Shown: piece by piece, positions 27,469 to 36,290 of the stretch | How positions within the stretch are numbered: the stretch's first letter is position 1 | Layout: every line of letters begins with the position of its first letter | NCBI GenBank assembly: GCA_964481175.1 | Contig: CAYZSZ010000002.1 | Coordinates: forward strand, 1-62,525 | Direction: 5' to 3' | From: an uncultured Candidatus Saccharibacteria bacterium | GTDB taxonomy: Bacteria; Patescibacteriota; Minisyncoccia; Phycocordibacterales; PALSA-1337 | Length of the DNA stretch: 62,525 nt | Translations under genes and position numbers: made by a program | Notes under the pieces: generated by a model | What the model was told of the DNA's origin: nothing | The model's input: only the letters and a program-made list of their open reading frames with translations | Databases searched by the model: none

Positions 27469-29956
27469 CTCGCAATTCAAACGTTTTTTCTCCTTTATTG
27501 AATACAGAGTCAAACGATCGTATGGTGATAGTGACATCTCCATCCAAATCAAGATCTTTTGGAATAAATGAGAAAGATTTTTTATCTGTCGATGCAATGT
27601 ACTTGTTGTTGATGTAAAGCTCTGATTTTCGATAAGGGAACTCACCATTAACTGAGAATGATATAGTCACTGTATCCTCATTATCAACTCGATTTGGAAG
27701 ATCAGTATCAAGACTTACTTGAAGTTGCGTATCGGCAGTGTGGACGTTGTCCTTTTCTGAAGGTATGTAGAAACTGCTTGATTCGACGAAGCCAGGGTTT
27801 TTCTTTTGCCATTCAGCAAACCATTTTCGAACACCGTACTCCCAAGACACATACTGTGAGTCGTTCTCAGGATTTTTTGGAATAGGACCGCGCGGATTGT
27901 CTTTGTCTACCCAGTGGAGGATAGAATGGACGCTAGGGTTGATAACCTCTTCTTTTGTTTCGTTAGGGGTAAACTCAGTCGCAAGTTTTCCTGAAATCGT
28001 ATCTTTGAAGTATGATTCGCCACCTTTCCAAGTTCCATTGAGTACTGGTTTAAGTCCCTGGGGAAGAGGTTCTGGTTTTTTAAAATAATCATTTGGCAGA
28101 GAAGACGCTATGTCTGCAAATAAAGCAGACCAAACTGGAGCGATGATGAGGCCGGCAACTTTTCGCTGCATCGGAGTGTTGTCATTGTTTCCAGCCCAAG
28201 CTGTAAGCACAAGGGAAGGGGTGTACCCGATAACCCACACATCACGATAGTCGTTAGTGGTACCTGTTTTTATGGCTACTTCTCGTGGAACACCACTCAA
28301 AAGGTTCGTAAGACTTTCGATACGGACTTTTTTATCAGAAAGGATGTCTGAGATCTGTCGAGCTGTATTTTCAGAGAGGACTCGTTCTGGAGCAGTCCTT
28401 GATTCTTCCAACACTTTTCCGTTCGTGTCCTCAACCTTGAGGATAAAACGAGGGCTATTTTTTATACCGTCATTCGCAAATACTCCATATCCACTTGTTA
28501 TCTCGAGAGGGGAAACTTCACCGCCTCCGAGCACGAGTGTGAGACCATAGCGATCAGGATCATTGAGACTTTCTAGACCCATGTCATTTGCTAGCGATAT
28601 TGAGTCTTTTATTCCTGCCAAGTAAAGTGTTTTTACAGCTGGAATGTTTCTCGACTGGGCTAAAGCAAAACGCATGGTCATAGGGCCAGGGTATATATCA
28701 TCGTAGTTATCCGGCGAGTAACACTTTATTTTGTCGTTTTTTGGATTCTTTGGCTTGCTATCAGGGGTACATTCGCTAGAAAACTCAGTCTTTACGTCAA
28801 ACAGCATCGTGTCTGGGGTGTAGCCTTTGTTAAAGGCAGTAGCATACACAAAGGGCTTCATCGTCGATCCTGGCTGTCGTCGAGCGGTGATGATGTTGAA
28901 ATTTCCATCTATTGTCTGGTCAAAATAGTTTTTTGATCCAACCATCATGACAATATCTCCATTTCGTGGATCGATTGCTACCATGGCGGTGTTGCTTGCT
29001 CCATAGTCGTCGTTTAGCTTTGGTGCAAAATTTTTTACTACACCCTCAGCTTTTTCTTGAAGTTTGTAATCGAGTGTGGTGGTAACCTTTAGACCATTTT
29101 GAAATACAAAATCCTCACCGTACTTATCAATCAAGTACTGCTTTACCATCAAAGCAAAGTGGGGGGCGCGGATGCTGGTGCTACTTCGTTCTAGGAAGTT
29201 CACTACTTCTTTTTTTGCATTATCATACTCTTCTTGAGTGATAAATTTGTTTTCCTTCATTTTTAGGAGAACGAGATCTTTACGTGCATCGAGAGCAGCT
29301 TTGTTTTTTCCGTATGGAGAGTAGTAGGTTGGAGCTTGTGATAGGGCAGAGATATATGCAGCTTCTGCCAAAGTGATATCTTTTGCACTTTTACCATAAA
29401 AGGCACGGCTCGCTTCCTCGACACCATAGAGGCTGCCTCCATAAGGGGTTTCGTTCAGATACGTTGAGAGAATCTGGTCTTTGGTCAACATTTTCTCAAG
29501 TTTCAAAGCCAAAACCCACTCTTTTAGCTTTCGGGTGAGAGTTTTGTCTTTGGTAAGCACGGTGTTTTTTATAACCTGCTGTGTGATAGTCGATCCTCCT
29601 TGTGTGAGTCCTCCTGGGATGAGGTTTGCAATAACTGCACGTATGATAGCGGTCGGTTTGATCCCGATGTGTTTATAAAAATCGATATCTTCGATCGCTA
29701 TGGTACCTTTTTTCAAATAATCAGAGATTTGGTCGAAAGGAACGACAGTTCTCTTGGTATCTTCGTGAACATCGTAGAGGAGAATAGTGCCAGTTCGATC
29801 GTAGATTTTTGTGCTTTGAGTGACACGTCTCTGTTCAAAAGACGAAATATCAGGCATTTTGATGGTAGAGAGCCACAAAATAGCCAGTCCGACGCATATG
29901 ATACCGACCGAACTTGCTAAAAGAGCTAGGTTTTTTATCTTTTTACGATGTCTCAT
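27461..29956 (-). CDS. class A penicillin-binding protein (glycosyltransferase plus transpeptidase)
   Basis: GT51 motifs AIEDIDFYKH, GGSTITQQ and RKLKE are present, along with transpeptidase SxxK (GSTMKP) and KTGTT. The likely start is the ATG at 29956 (MRHRKK plus TM). The track ORF extends to 30040 and overlaps tyrS. Confidence 0.9.
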   Translation of the reverse strand: MRHRKKIKNLALLASSVGIICVGLAILWLSTIKMPDISSFEQRRVTQSTKIYDRTGTILLYDVHEDTKRTVVPFDQISDYLKKGTIAIEDIDFYKHIGIKPTAIIRAVIANLIPGGLTQGGSTITQQVIKNTVLTKDKTLTRKLKEWVLALKLEKMLTKDQILSTYLNETPYGGSLYGVEEASRAFYGKSAKDITLAEAAYISALSQAPTYYSPYGKNKAALDARKDLVLLKMKENKFITQEEYDNAKKEVVNFLERSSTSIRAPHFALMVKQYLIDKYGEDFVFQNGLKVTTTLDYKLQEKAEGVVKNFAPKLNDDYGASNTAMVAIDPRNGDIVMMVGSKNYFDQTIDGNFNIITARRQPGSTMKPFVYATAFNKGYTPDTMLFDVKTEFSSECTPDSKPKNPKNDKIKCYSPDNYDDIYPGPMTMRFALAQSRNIPAVKTLYLAGIKDSISLANDMGLESLNDPDRYGLTLVLGGGEVSPLEITSGYGVFANDGIKNSPRFILKVEDTNGKVLEESRTAPERVLSENTARQISDILSDKKVRIESLTNLLSGVPREVAIKTGTTNDYRDVWVIGYTPSLVLTAWAGNNDNTPMQRKVAGLIIAPVWSALFADIASSLPNDYFKKPEPLPQGLKPVLNGTWKGGESYFKDTISGKLATEFTPNETKEEVINPSVHSILHWVDKDNPRGPIPKNPENDSQYVSWEYGVRKWFAEWQKKNPGFVESSSFYIPSEKDNVHTADTQLQVSLDTDLPNRVDNEDTVTISFSVNGEFPYRKSELYINNKYIASTDKKSFSFIPKDLDLDGDVTITIRSFDSVFNKGEKTFELRVK

Positions 29957-29994
29957 TTGATGAATTTTAGCACAGTTTGTGTTAGATTGTTTGT

Positions 29995-31119
29995 ATGATT
30001 GATGAAATATTGAACCGAGGAATAGAGAACGTATACCCAAATAAAGAGGCCGTAAAAGCTCGACTCGAAAAAGAAAAGCTCACTTTTTATTATGGTGTCG
30101 ACCCTACGGGTCCAACACTTCATGTTGGACACCTCATTCCGCTCCTTCGTCTCGCAAAACTCCAAAAATTAGGACATAAGATAGTTTTTCTTATCGGTGA
30201 TTTTACCGCAATGATCGGTGATCCGACTGATAAAACTGCTGCCCGCAAGAAACTTTCTCGTGAAGAGGTCTTAAATAACTGCAAGAGATACAAAGATCAA
30301 ATCAGCAAATTTCTCGATCTAGATAAAATTGAAATAAAATACAATTCAGAGTGGTTGAGCAGAATGAATTTTGGTGAGGTACTCGAGCTCGCATCTCAGG
30401 TGACTGTCGATCAAATGCTTAAGCGAGACATGTTTGTAAATCGAATGAAAGACAATAAACCTATATACATACATGAGTTTATGTATCCTTTGATGCAGGG
30501 ATACGACTCTGTTGCAATGAATGTGGACGGAGAGATTGGAGGGAACGATCAAGTGTTTAATATGCTTGTTGGAAGAGATTTAGTAAAAAACAAAGATAAA
30601 ATAGTTATTGCCACAAAGCTTTTGGTTGATCCTACAGGAAAGAAAATGGGTAAGTCAGAAGGAAACATGGTCAGCCTCGATCAAAGTCCAGAAGATATGT
30701 TTGGAAAAGTTATGTCATGGACCGATGAGATGATGCCGCTTGCATACGAGCTGCTTACCGAAGAAAACGTGCCGAATATCCACCCAAAAGAAATCAAAAT
30801 AAATCTCGCAAAAAAGATCGTGACACTTTGTCATGATGCGGCCGCTGCAGAAAAAGCACACCAAGCATTTGAACAGACATTCTCAAAAGGGGAGTTGCCT
30901 GAAGATATTTTGACTGTAAAAACAACAGCGGGTACTAGCCTCGTTGATATAGTTGTAGAAAACAAAATAGTCGAATCAAAAAGCGAGTTTCGCCGTCTCG
31001 TTGAAGGAAATGGTGTAGAGATTGTCGGAAAAGGAAAAGTAAGTGATGCACAAATAAAAATCTCCGAGCCTATCGAAGTCAAAGTAGGCAAGCGGAGATT
31101 CTTAAAAATTGTTTTGTAA
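29995..31119 (+). CDS. tyrS: tyrosine--tRNA ligase
   Basis: 374 aa. It has a HIGH-type motif (HVGHLIP), a KMSKS-type motif (KMGKS) and a C-terminal S4-like domain. Confidence 0.85.
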   Translation: MIDEILNRGIENVYPNKEAVKARLEKEKLTFYYGVDPTGPTLHVGHLIPLLRLAKLQKLGHKIVFLIGDFTAMIGDPTDKTAARKKLSREEVLNNCKRYKDQISKFLDLDKIEIKYNSEWLSRMNFGEVLELASQVTVDQMLKRDMFVNRMKDNKPIYIHEFMYPLMQGYDSVAMNVDGEIGGNDQVFNMLVGRDLVKNKDKIVIATKLLVDPTGKKMGKSEGNMVSLDQSPEDMFGKVMSWTDEMMPLAYELLTEENVPNIHPKEIKINLAKKIVTLCHDAAAAEKAHQAFEQTFSKGELPEDILTVKTTAGTSLVDIVVENKIVESKSEFRRLVEGNGVEIVGKGKVSDAQIKISEPIEVKVGKRRFLKIVL

Positions 31120-31302
31120 TTATTCTTCCCAGCGATCACCAAAAGGGTTGATCTCTTCTTCAAGCACACCTTCTTCGTCGTCACCTTCTACCTCCTCATC
31201 GTCTCCGTCCAATATCACAGGAACTTCACCGATCTCTAGATCATCATCTACCTTTTTTGCTTTTTTCGGATCAAATTCTACTTCAAGTTCGTCTGCTGAC
31301 AT
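31120..31302 (-). CDS. hyper-acidic 60-aa hypothetical protein
   Basis: The sequence is MSADELEVEFDPKK..DGDDEEVEGDDEEGVLEEE... It is the last ORF of the minus-strand ruvB-yebC-ruvC string. The antisense Ser-rich ORF looks non-coding. Confidence 0.45.
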   Translation of the reverse strand: MSADELEVEFDPKKAKKVDDDLEIGEVPVILDGDDEEVEGDDEEGVLEEEINPFGDRWEE

Positions 31303-31349
31303 TTCGTTTTGTTATCGTTATTAATCTGATTTTCTAGTTGTAACAAATA

Positions 31350-31832
31350 CTAAATAATTTTGCAACTATTTTTTACTGTGGAAAAGTAAGTGAGACCGAC
31401 TGCGATCGCATCAAACTCATCATCGTGTTTGATTTCTTTTTCAATTTTCACTAATTTTGGAACCATAAAGATAATTTGTTTTTTATCACTGCGCCCATGA
31501 CTCGTGATCGCCATTTTTATCTGTAGTGGTGTAAATTCAAAAATAGGGAGGCCTTTACGAGCAGCTTCGTACGCTACCACACCACGTGCTTCTGCTACAT
31601 GCATGGCAGTTTTTTGGTTGTTTTGAAAGAAAAGTGTTTCGATAGCACAAGCAGTCGGTTCAAATGTTTCTATTACACGGCTGATTTCCTCGCCGATTTG
31701 TTTTAGGCGCACGTAAAAATTATCTTTTGGAGATGTTTTGAAACAGTCAGAGTAGAGCAGGCGGTCTTTGTCGAGAATGGCGATACCAAGTCGCTCAAAA
31801 CCTGGGTCGATAGCGAGAACTCTATTCTGCAT
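31350..31832 (-). CDS. ruvC: Holliday junction resolvase RuvC
   Basis: The likely start is [16 protein letters not shown] at 31832. A later D/E motif (..HDDEFDAIAVG..) is present. Confidence 0.85.
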   Translation of the reverse strand: MQNRVLAIDPGFERLGIAILDKDRLLYSDCFKTSPKDNFYVRLKQIGEEISRVIETFEPTACAIETLFFQNNQKTAMHVAEARGVVAYEAARKGLPIFEFTPLQIKMAITSHGRSDKKQIIFMVPKLVKIEKEIKHDDEFDAIAVGLTYFSTVKNSCKII

Positions 31833-32349
31833 TGGTAAAGACTTCTTGAACTTCGTCATTTTCTTCGAGTTCGTCGATGATGGTCTGGAGCTTTTCACCA
31901 TCTTCGTCGCTAATAGGGATCATGGTCTGTGGCACCCAGCCTTCATTTGTCTTTGTAAAAGCCCATGATGCACTGCCAGGGACAGCAAGTTCAAAACCGT
32001 TTTTTGAAAGAATGTGTTTTACGTCCTGAGCAGCCTTGTTGCGATTGCTGGTAAGGCCTTCGATGATGAGCGCACAGCCTCCTGGGCCGTATGCTTCATA
32101 AGTTACATTTTCCATCACCTCAGTGTCCGTGGTTGCTTTTTTTACTGCTCGGTCGATCGTGTCGTTCGGCACATTTTCTTTGCGTGCTTTTTCGATAGCG
32201 TTCGCAAGCCCTGGGGACTTGAGGTTTCCTCCAGCTTTTTTTGCCTCTACTGTGATAAGTCGAACCATTTTGCCAAAAATCTTGCTCTTTTGAGCATCGG
32301 TCTTTGCTTTCTGATGTTTAATTTTTGAAAATTTATTATGTCCTGACAT
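31822..32349 (-). CDS. YebC/PmpR family protein, shortened
   Basis: The sequence starts [20 protein letters not shown].. and ends ..[11 protein letters not shown]. At 175 aa it is well below the roughly 240 aa typical of the family. Confidence 0.8.
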   Translation of the reverse strand: MSGHNKFSKIKHQKAKTDAQKSKIFGKMVRLITVEAKKAGGNLKSPGLANAIEKARKENVPNDTIDRAVKKATTDTEVMENVTYEAYGPGGCALIIEGLTSNRNKAAQDVKHILSKNGFELAVPGSASWAFTKTNEGWVPQTMIPISDEDGEKLQTIIDELEENDEVQEVFTNAE

Positions 32350-33304
32350 GTGCGTATGCTTTATCGGTTACTTTTCTTCCTCTGCTTGTTCTTTCTAATA
32401 ATCCTAATTGTATCAAATACGGCTCATATACGTCCTCTATAGTTTCTTGTTCTTCGCTCGTTGCTGCACTTAGTGTGCTCAAACCGACTGGACCACCATC
32501 AAACTTGTCGATGATGACTTTTAACATATCACGATCTGCCTGATTTAGTCCAAGCGAATCGATGCCGAGCATAGCGAGAGCTTTGTCGACGATGTCTTTT
32601 GTCAGTTTTGAATGGTTTATCTGAGCGTAGTCGCGGCAGCGCTTTAAAAAGTAGTTTGCGGTTCGTGGGGTAAATCGGCTTCTCTTGGCAATTTCTGCTG
32701 CAGCATTGTGTTCGATCTCGATATCTAGTATCTTTGCTGAGCGTTTGATGATCTCCTCGATTTCTTTTTCGGTATAAAACTCTAGTTTAAAGGTTCCTCC
32801 AGAGAAACGTGACCGAAGAGGAGCAGAGATCATGGCTACGCGTGTGGTCGCAGCTATAAGCGTAAATGGAGGCAGTTCTAGTTGTATAGTTCGAGCCGAT
32901 GGACCTTTGCCGATGATGATGTCGAGTGATCCGCTCTCCATAGCAGGGTAGAGCACTTCTTCTATGGCTTTGTTGAGCCGATGTATCTCGTCGATAAAGA
33001 GAATGTCTCCCGCAGAGAGGTTTGTGAGGATGCTTGCGAGGTCGCCAACCTTTAAAATGGCAGGACCCGAGGTGATTTTGATTGCAGCACCAGTCTCTTT
33101 TGCGATGAGGTGTGCCAAAGTTGTCTTTCCAAGTCCTGGAGGACCATAAAAGAGGATGTGTTCTGGTGGATGATTACGCTGTTTTGCTGCAGTAAGGAGG
33201 ATGTGTAGGTTATCTTTTATGTTTTTCTGACCAATATAGTCATCCCACCGTGAGGGACGGAGGGTTTGATCAAGGTAAGCGATATCTTTGGGGGTACTTG
33301 ACAT
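32336..33304 (-). CDS. ruvB: Holliday junction branch migration ATPase RuvB
   Basis: 322 aa. It has LRP..DDYIGQ, Walker [12 protein letters not shown] and FIDEIHRL. Confidence 0.95.
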   Translation of the reverse strand: MSSTPKDIAYLDQTLRPSRWDDYIGQKNIKDNLHILLTAAKQRNHPPEHILFYGPPGLGKTTLAHLIAKETGAAIKITSGPAILKVGDLASILTNLSAGDILFIDEIHRLNKAIEEVLYPAMESGSLDIIIGKGPSARTIQLELPPFTLIAATTRVAMISAPLRSRFSGGTFKLEFYTEKEIEEIIKRSAKILDIEIEHNAAAEIAKRSRFTPRTANYFLKRCRDYAQINHSKLTKDIVDKALAMLGIDSLGLNQADRDMLKVIIDKFDGGPVGLSTLSAATSEEQETIEDVYEPYLIQLGLLERTSRGRKVTDKAYAHVRT

Positions 33305-33358
33305 AAAATTGTTTGTGTGCTAGGATACTCTATGAAACTCATTTACAGTATCGAATTC

Positions 33359-33512
33359 AAAAATCTCTAAGCAATGGATCCCGTTTGCGCGGGGTTCCTG
33401 ATTTATTTTTAAGGACTCTTTGGTTCGTTTCTTCGGAAACGACACTGGGGATATCCTCGAGTATATTTCTAGCTTCTGATGTCCGCATTGAAAGTATTGC
33501 TTAGAGATTTTT
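33359..33512. repeat. perfect 17-bp inverted repeat enclosing 120 nt (structured RNA or MITE-like element)
   Basis: AAAAATCTCTAAGCAAT (33359-33375) is the exact reverse complement of ATTGCTTAGAGATTTTT (33496-33512). The interior holds sub-hairpins, for example CGTTTC-TTCG-GAAACG. Confidence 0.6.
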
Positions 33513-33550
33513 GTACTCGACTTCTAACGTTCTTATCACATCGTACTCCT

Positions 33551-35209
33551 CTATATAGAAATTTCAATAACTCTTTCTAGTTCTTCAATACTTGTAACTC
33601 CCTGTAAAGCCTTGATGACACCATCTTGAGCCATTGTGAGGATTCCTTGGGGTAGGGCAGCTGTTTTTATTTCTTGTGAGCTACCACCCATCTCCACTAT
33701 TTTGTTTACTTCTGCATCGAGAAGAATACCTTCGTATATACCGATTCGGCCTTTGTATCCTGTCTGATTACATTTTTCACAGCCAACTGCTTGCCAGAGC
33801 TTTGCGGTCTGAGGAATTTCTTTTTTATCTATTACTGTTTCGAGTACAGCTTGGACTTTTGGATTGGTATTGTCGATCTCTTTTTTACATGAGGTGCACA
33901 ATTTTCGAACAAGACGTTGTGCGAGGCTGATATTTATCGCAGAACCCATCACTCGAGAGTTTACTCCGAGGTCGAGGAGGCGAGGGAAGGCTCCAGCAGC
34001 GTCATTTGTATGCAGTGTAGAAAATACGAGGTGACCCGTGAGTGCAGAGTTTATTGCAATCGCTGCGGTTTCTCCGTCGCGGATTTCTCCCACCATGATA
34101 ATGTCCGGATCTTGTCGCAAGGCTGAGCGTAGACCTTCGAGGAAGTTGTATCCTTGCTCGTTTACTTGAGTCTGAGTGATTCCCTCTAGGTGATATTCGA
34201 TAGGGTCTTCGATGGTGATGATCTTTACGCTTGGACCATATACTTTTTTGAGAAAAGCGTAGAGAGTAGTTGTCTTTCCTGAACCTGTAGGACCGGTGGT
34301 GAGGACCATTCCGTTTGGTTTGTCGATCTGCTCCAAAAGAATTCTGAGTAGTTTTGTATGTATTCCCAAGTCTTCGAGAGGAACTGCAATAGATTTTGGA
34401 TTGAGAAGACGAAGCACGACTGACTCATTATATGCACCAGGGAGAACTGATGTACGGATTTCTATGTCTGTATCTTTTACTTTTACACTAAAGCGTCCAT
34501 CCTGTGCGCCTTTTTTTACGTTTAGTTTTAGTCCTGAAAGGAGTTTGATACGAGAGAGGAGGAGGGAATAGGTAGCAATATCAAAACTGATTACATCAGC
34601 AAGTACTCCGTCGAGACGATAGCGGAGACGGATGTATTCTTCTTCTGGCTCAAGGTGTATATCCGAAGCTTCTGTTGCAATCGCACCAGCAATGATTGTT
34701 TCGAGCATTCGAGATACTCGATAGCTTTTGTTCTGTGTAAGGATTTCTTTGAGGATGGCCTGGGTTTCTGGTAGTGATTTTGCTTTGGCAACGATGTTTG
34801 AGATCTCTTCGTTTGCTATGTCGAGTGCTCCTGCCTTGGTTTCGTATGCAAAAGAGATGTCTTTGTAGGCTTTCCATGCCTTTTCTAGGCTTGCGGTAGA
34901 AGCGATAAATACAATCGGCTCGTAGCCTGAGTGTTTTAGTCCCTCAGCAATATCAGCGACTTTAGGATCGCTTGGGTTTCTGGCCGCAATCTTTACTTTT
35001 TTATCTACGATAGCAAAAGCAGCCACCTTTGCATCAAAGGCTTTGTGCTCGTCGATGAGTCGGAGGGCATCGGTGTTTACTGATACAACAGAAAGATCGA
35101 TATATTCGATATTGTTCTTTTGAGAGAGGAGTCTCACGAGATCTTCCTCCTCTTTTTTCAAAAGTTCGTTTACTTTTCTATTGCTTTTATCTTCATCGAA
35201 GGTAACCAT
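33551..35209 (-). CDS. GspE/PilB-family type IV pilus assembly ATPase
   Basis: 552 aa. It has Walker A GPTGSGKTTT, an Asp box, Walker B (IMVGEIRD), a His box and a tetracysteine motif (CTSC..CEKC). Confidence 0.9.
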   Translation of the reverse strand: MVTFDEDKSNRKVNELLKKEEEDLVRLLSQKNNIEYIDLSVVSVNTDALRLIDEHKAFDAKVAAFAIVDKKVKIAARNPSDPKVADIAEGLKHSGYEPIVFIASTASLEKAWKAYKDISFAYETKAGALDIANEEISNIVAKAKSLPETQAILKEILTQNKSYRVSRMLETIIAGAIATEASDIHLEPEEEYIRLRYRLDGVLADVISFDIATYSLLLSRIKLLSGLKLNVKKGAQDGRFSVKVKDTDIEIRTSVLPGAYNESVVLRLLNPKSIAVPLEDLGIHTKLLRILLEQIDKPNGMVLTTGPTGSGKTTTLYAFLKKVYGPSVKIITIEDPIEYHLEGITQTQVNEQGYNFLEGLRSALRQDPDIIMVGEIRDGETAAIAINSALTGHLVFSTLHTNDAAGAFPRLLDLGVNSRVMGSAINISLAQRLVRKLCTSCKKEIDNTNPKVQAVLETVIDKKEIPQTAKLWQAVGCEKCNQTGYKGRIGIYEGILLDAEVNKIVEMGGSSQEIKTAALPQGILTMAQDGVIKALQGVTSIEELERVIEISI

Positions 35210-35227
35210 AGCAAAATTATAGCATCA

Positions 35228-35257
35228 TTGACAGATAGCATCTTAAAGTGTTATAAT
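35228..35257 (+). promoter_or_regulatory. near-consensus sigma70 promoter with extended -10
   Basis: TTGACA (35228-35233), an 18-nt spacer ending in TGt, then TATAAT (35252-35257). Confidence 0.6.
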
Positions 35258-35263
35258 ATAGGA

Positions 35264-35680
35264 GTGAATACGTGCTATCTGTTTCTTTTTGTCCTTTGTT
35301 TCATTGCTGCCGGTTGCTCGCATCAAGGCCCGCGCAGGACGCCAACCCTGGTTCAGGCTGGTGATGGCTGGGAAAACCGGATCACCGTCGGGAGCTCCAG
35401 ATACGGAACCCCCGCATCGGTCGCGCAGCCGACCGTGTTCCACACCGGTAAGCAGACCTACAGCAGCTCCTTCGGCCACGCAGAGTGGCGGCAGGAAGCC
35501 AGGGACTGGACCTGGGTCGGTGGATACGATGTCCCGGGAGGTGTCCGGATCGTCGAGTCGGGGAAGGTGACGACCCCGCCTTTCGGTGTCACGGTCGACT
35601 ATCCGTGGTGGTTCGATCGGTGGCCAAACTACCGCATTGCCCCAAATCAGGTGCAGCCAAGCACCATTACATGGCCCTGA
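35264..35680 (+). CDS. GC-rich putative lipoprotein, no recognisable family
   Basis: The signal peptide has a lipobox (LCFIAAG-C). The mature part is W/Y/G/P-rich with high third-position GC in this frame. The only in-frame start candidate is GTG at 35264. The track ORF runs upstream into the antisense of pilB. Confidence 0.55.
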   Translation: MNTCYLFLFVLCFIAAGCSHQGPRRTPTLVQAGDGWENRITVGSSRYGTPASVAQPTVFHTGKQTYSSSFGHAEWRQEARDWTWVGGYDVPGGVRIVESGKVTTPPFGVTVDYPWWFDRWPNYRIAPNQVQPSTITWP

Positions 35681-35694
35681 AAAAGGTCATACAC

Positions 35695-35730
35695 CGCCCC
35701 GAGTACGTTTGTACTCGGGGCGTTTCATTT
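35695..35730 (+). terminator. intrinsic terminator
   Basis: CGCCCCGAGTAC-GTTT-GTACTCGGGGCG forms a 12-bp stem, followed by TTTCATTTT. Confidence 0.8.
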
Positions 35731-35747
35731 TGTGTTAGTATATTTTT

Positions 35748-36146
35748 ATGATTTCAAAATCGCTACAAGAGACCGAAGTTTTTGCAGGAGAACTGCTCAA
35801 AAATATAAAGACCAATGTCATCGGTCTCTACGGCGACCTCGGTTCTGGGAAAACAGAACTCACAAAATCGATCGCCAAACATCTCGGTATTACCGAAGAA
35901 ATAACTAGTCCTACATTTGTAATTGCCAAATTTTATAAAGGAAAAGAAAGGCAGCTTGTCCATATCGATGCATACCGCCTCGAACATTTTTCAGAATTAG
36001 AGAGTTTGGGCTTTAAAGAATGGTGTGCTGACCCTAAAAAACTAGTAGTGATCGAGTGGCCAGAAAAGGTACAAGAGATTCTACCAAAACACGACAAAGT
36101 GGTGTGCACATTTGTAAATGAAACAACTCGAGAGTATACTCTCTGA
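35748..36146 (+). CDS. tsaE: tRNA t6A37 biosynthesis ATPase TsaE
   Basis: 132 aa. It has GDLGSGKTELTK, ..SPTF.. and ..HIDAYRL. Confidence 0.85.
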   Translation: MISKSLQETEVFAGELLKNIKTNVIGLYGDLGSGKTELTKSIAKHLGITEEITSPTFVIAKFYKGKERQLVHIDAYRLEHFSELESLGFKEWCADPKKLVVIEWPEKVQEILPKHDKVVCTFVNETTREYTL

Positions 36147-36224
36147 GGTTCTTGAATTATCTCGCCAGACGAGAAGGAAAGGAAAAAAGGTGATCTAAAC
36201 GAATGAACTGAAAGAAAAATGAAT

Positions 36225-36266
36225 GCCGTCACGGGAGCCCTGGACCCCGTGGCGGCTTTATGTTTA
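36225..36266 (+). terminator. GC-rich hairpin terminator candidate after tsaE
   Basis: GCCGTCACGGG..CCCGTGGCGGC is followed by TTTATGTTTA. Confidence 0.5.
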
Positions 36267-36290
36267 TCTTCAAAAAGGTATAATCACTCT

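Noticed and set aside
31109-31324. A plus-strand 71-aa Ser-rich ORF.
   Set aside because: It is the low-complexity antisense mirror of the acidic 60-aa ORF (GAN codons read as NTC/TCN). It has no start context and overlaps the tyrS end.
33313-33504. A 63-aa plus-strand ORF between ruvB and pilB.
   Set aside because: It spans the 17-bp inverted repeat and its hairpin-rich core. Its orientation is opposite to both neighbours and it has no RBS. Structure explains the region better than coding does.
35120-35263. The upstream extension of the lipoprotein ORF back to an ATG at 35120.
   Set aside because: This part is antisense to the pilB 5' end and lies upstream of the strong promoter at 35228-35257. 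It is AT-rich and non-protein-like (MREESHEIFLLFFQKFVYFS..).
35243-35751. Overlapping ORFs 35289..35570(+), 35485..35751(+) and 35243..35479(-).
   Set aside because: They are Arg/Ser/Pro/Gly-rich shadow frames typical of GC-rich DNA. The lipobox-containing frame has a balanced composition and the highest third-position GC.
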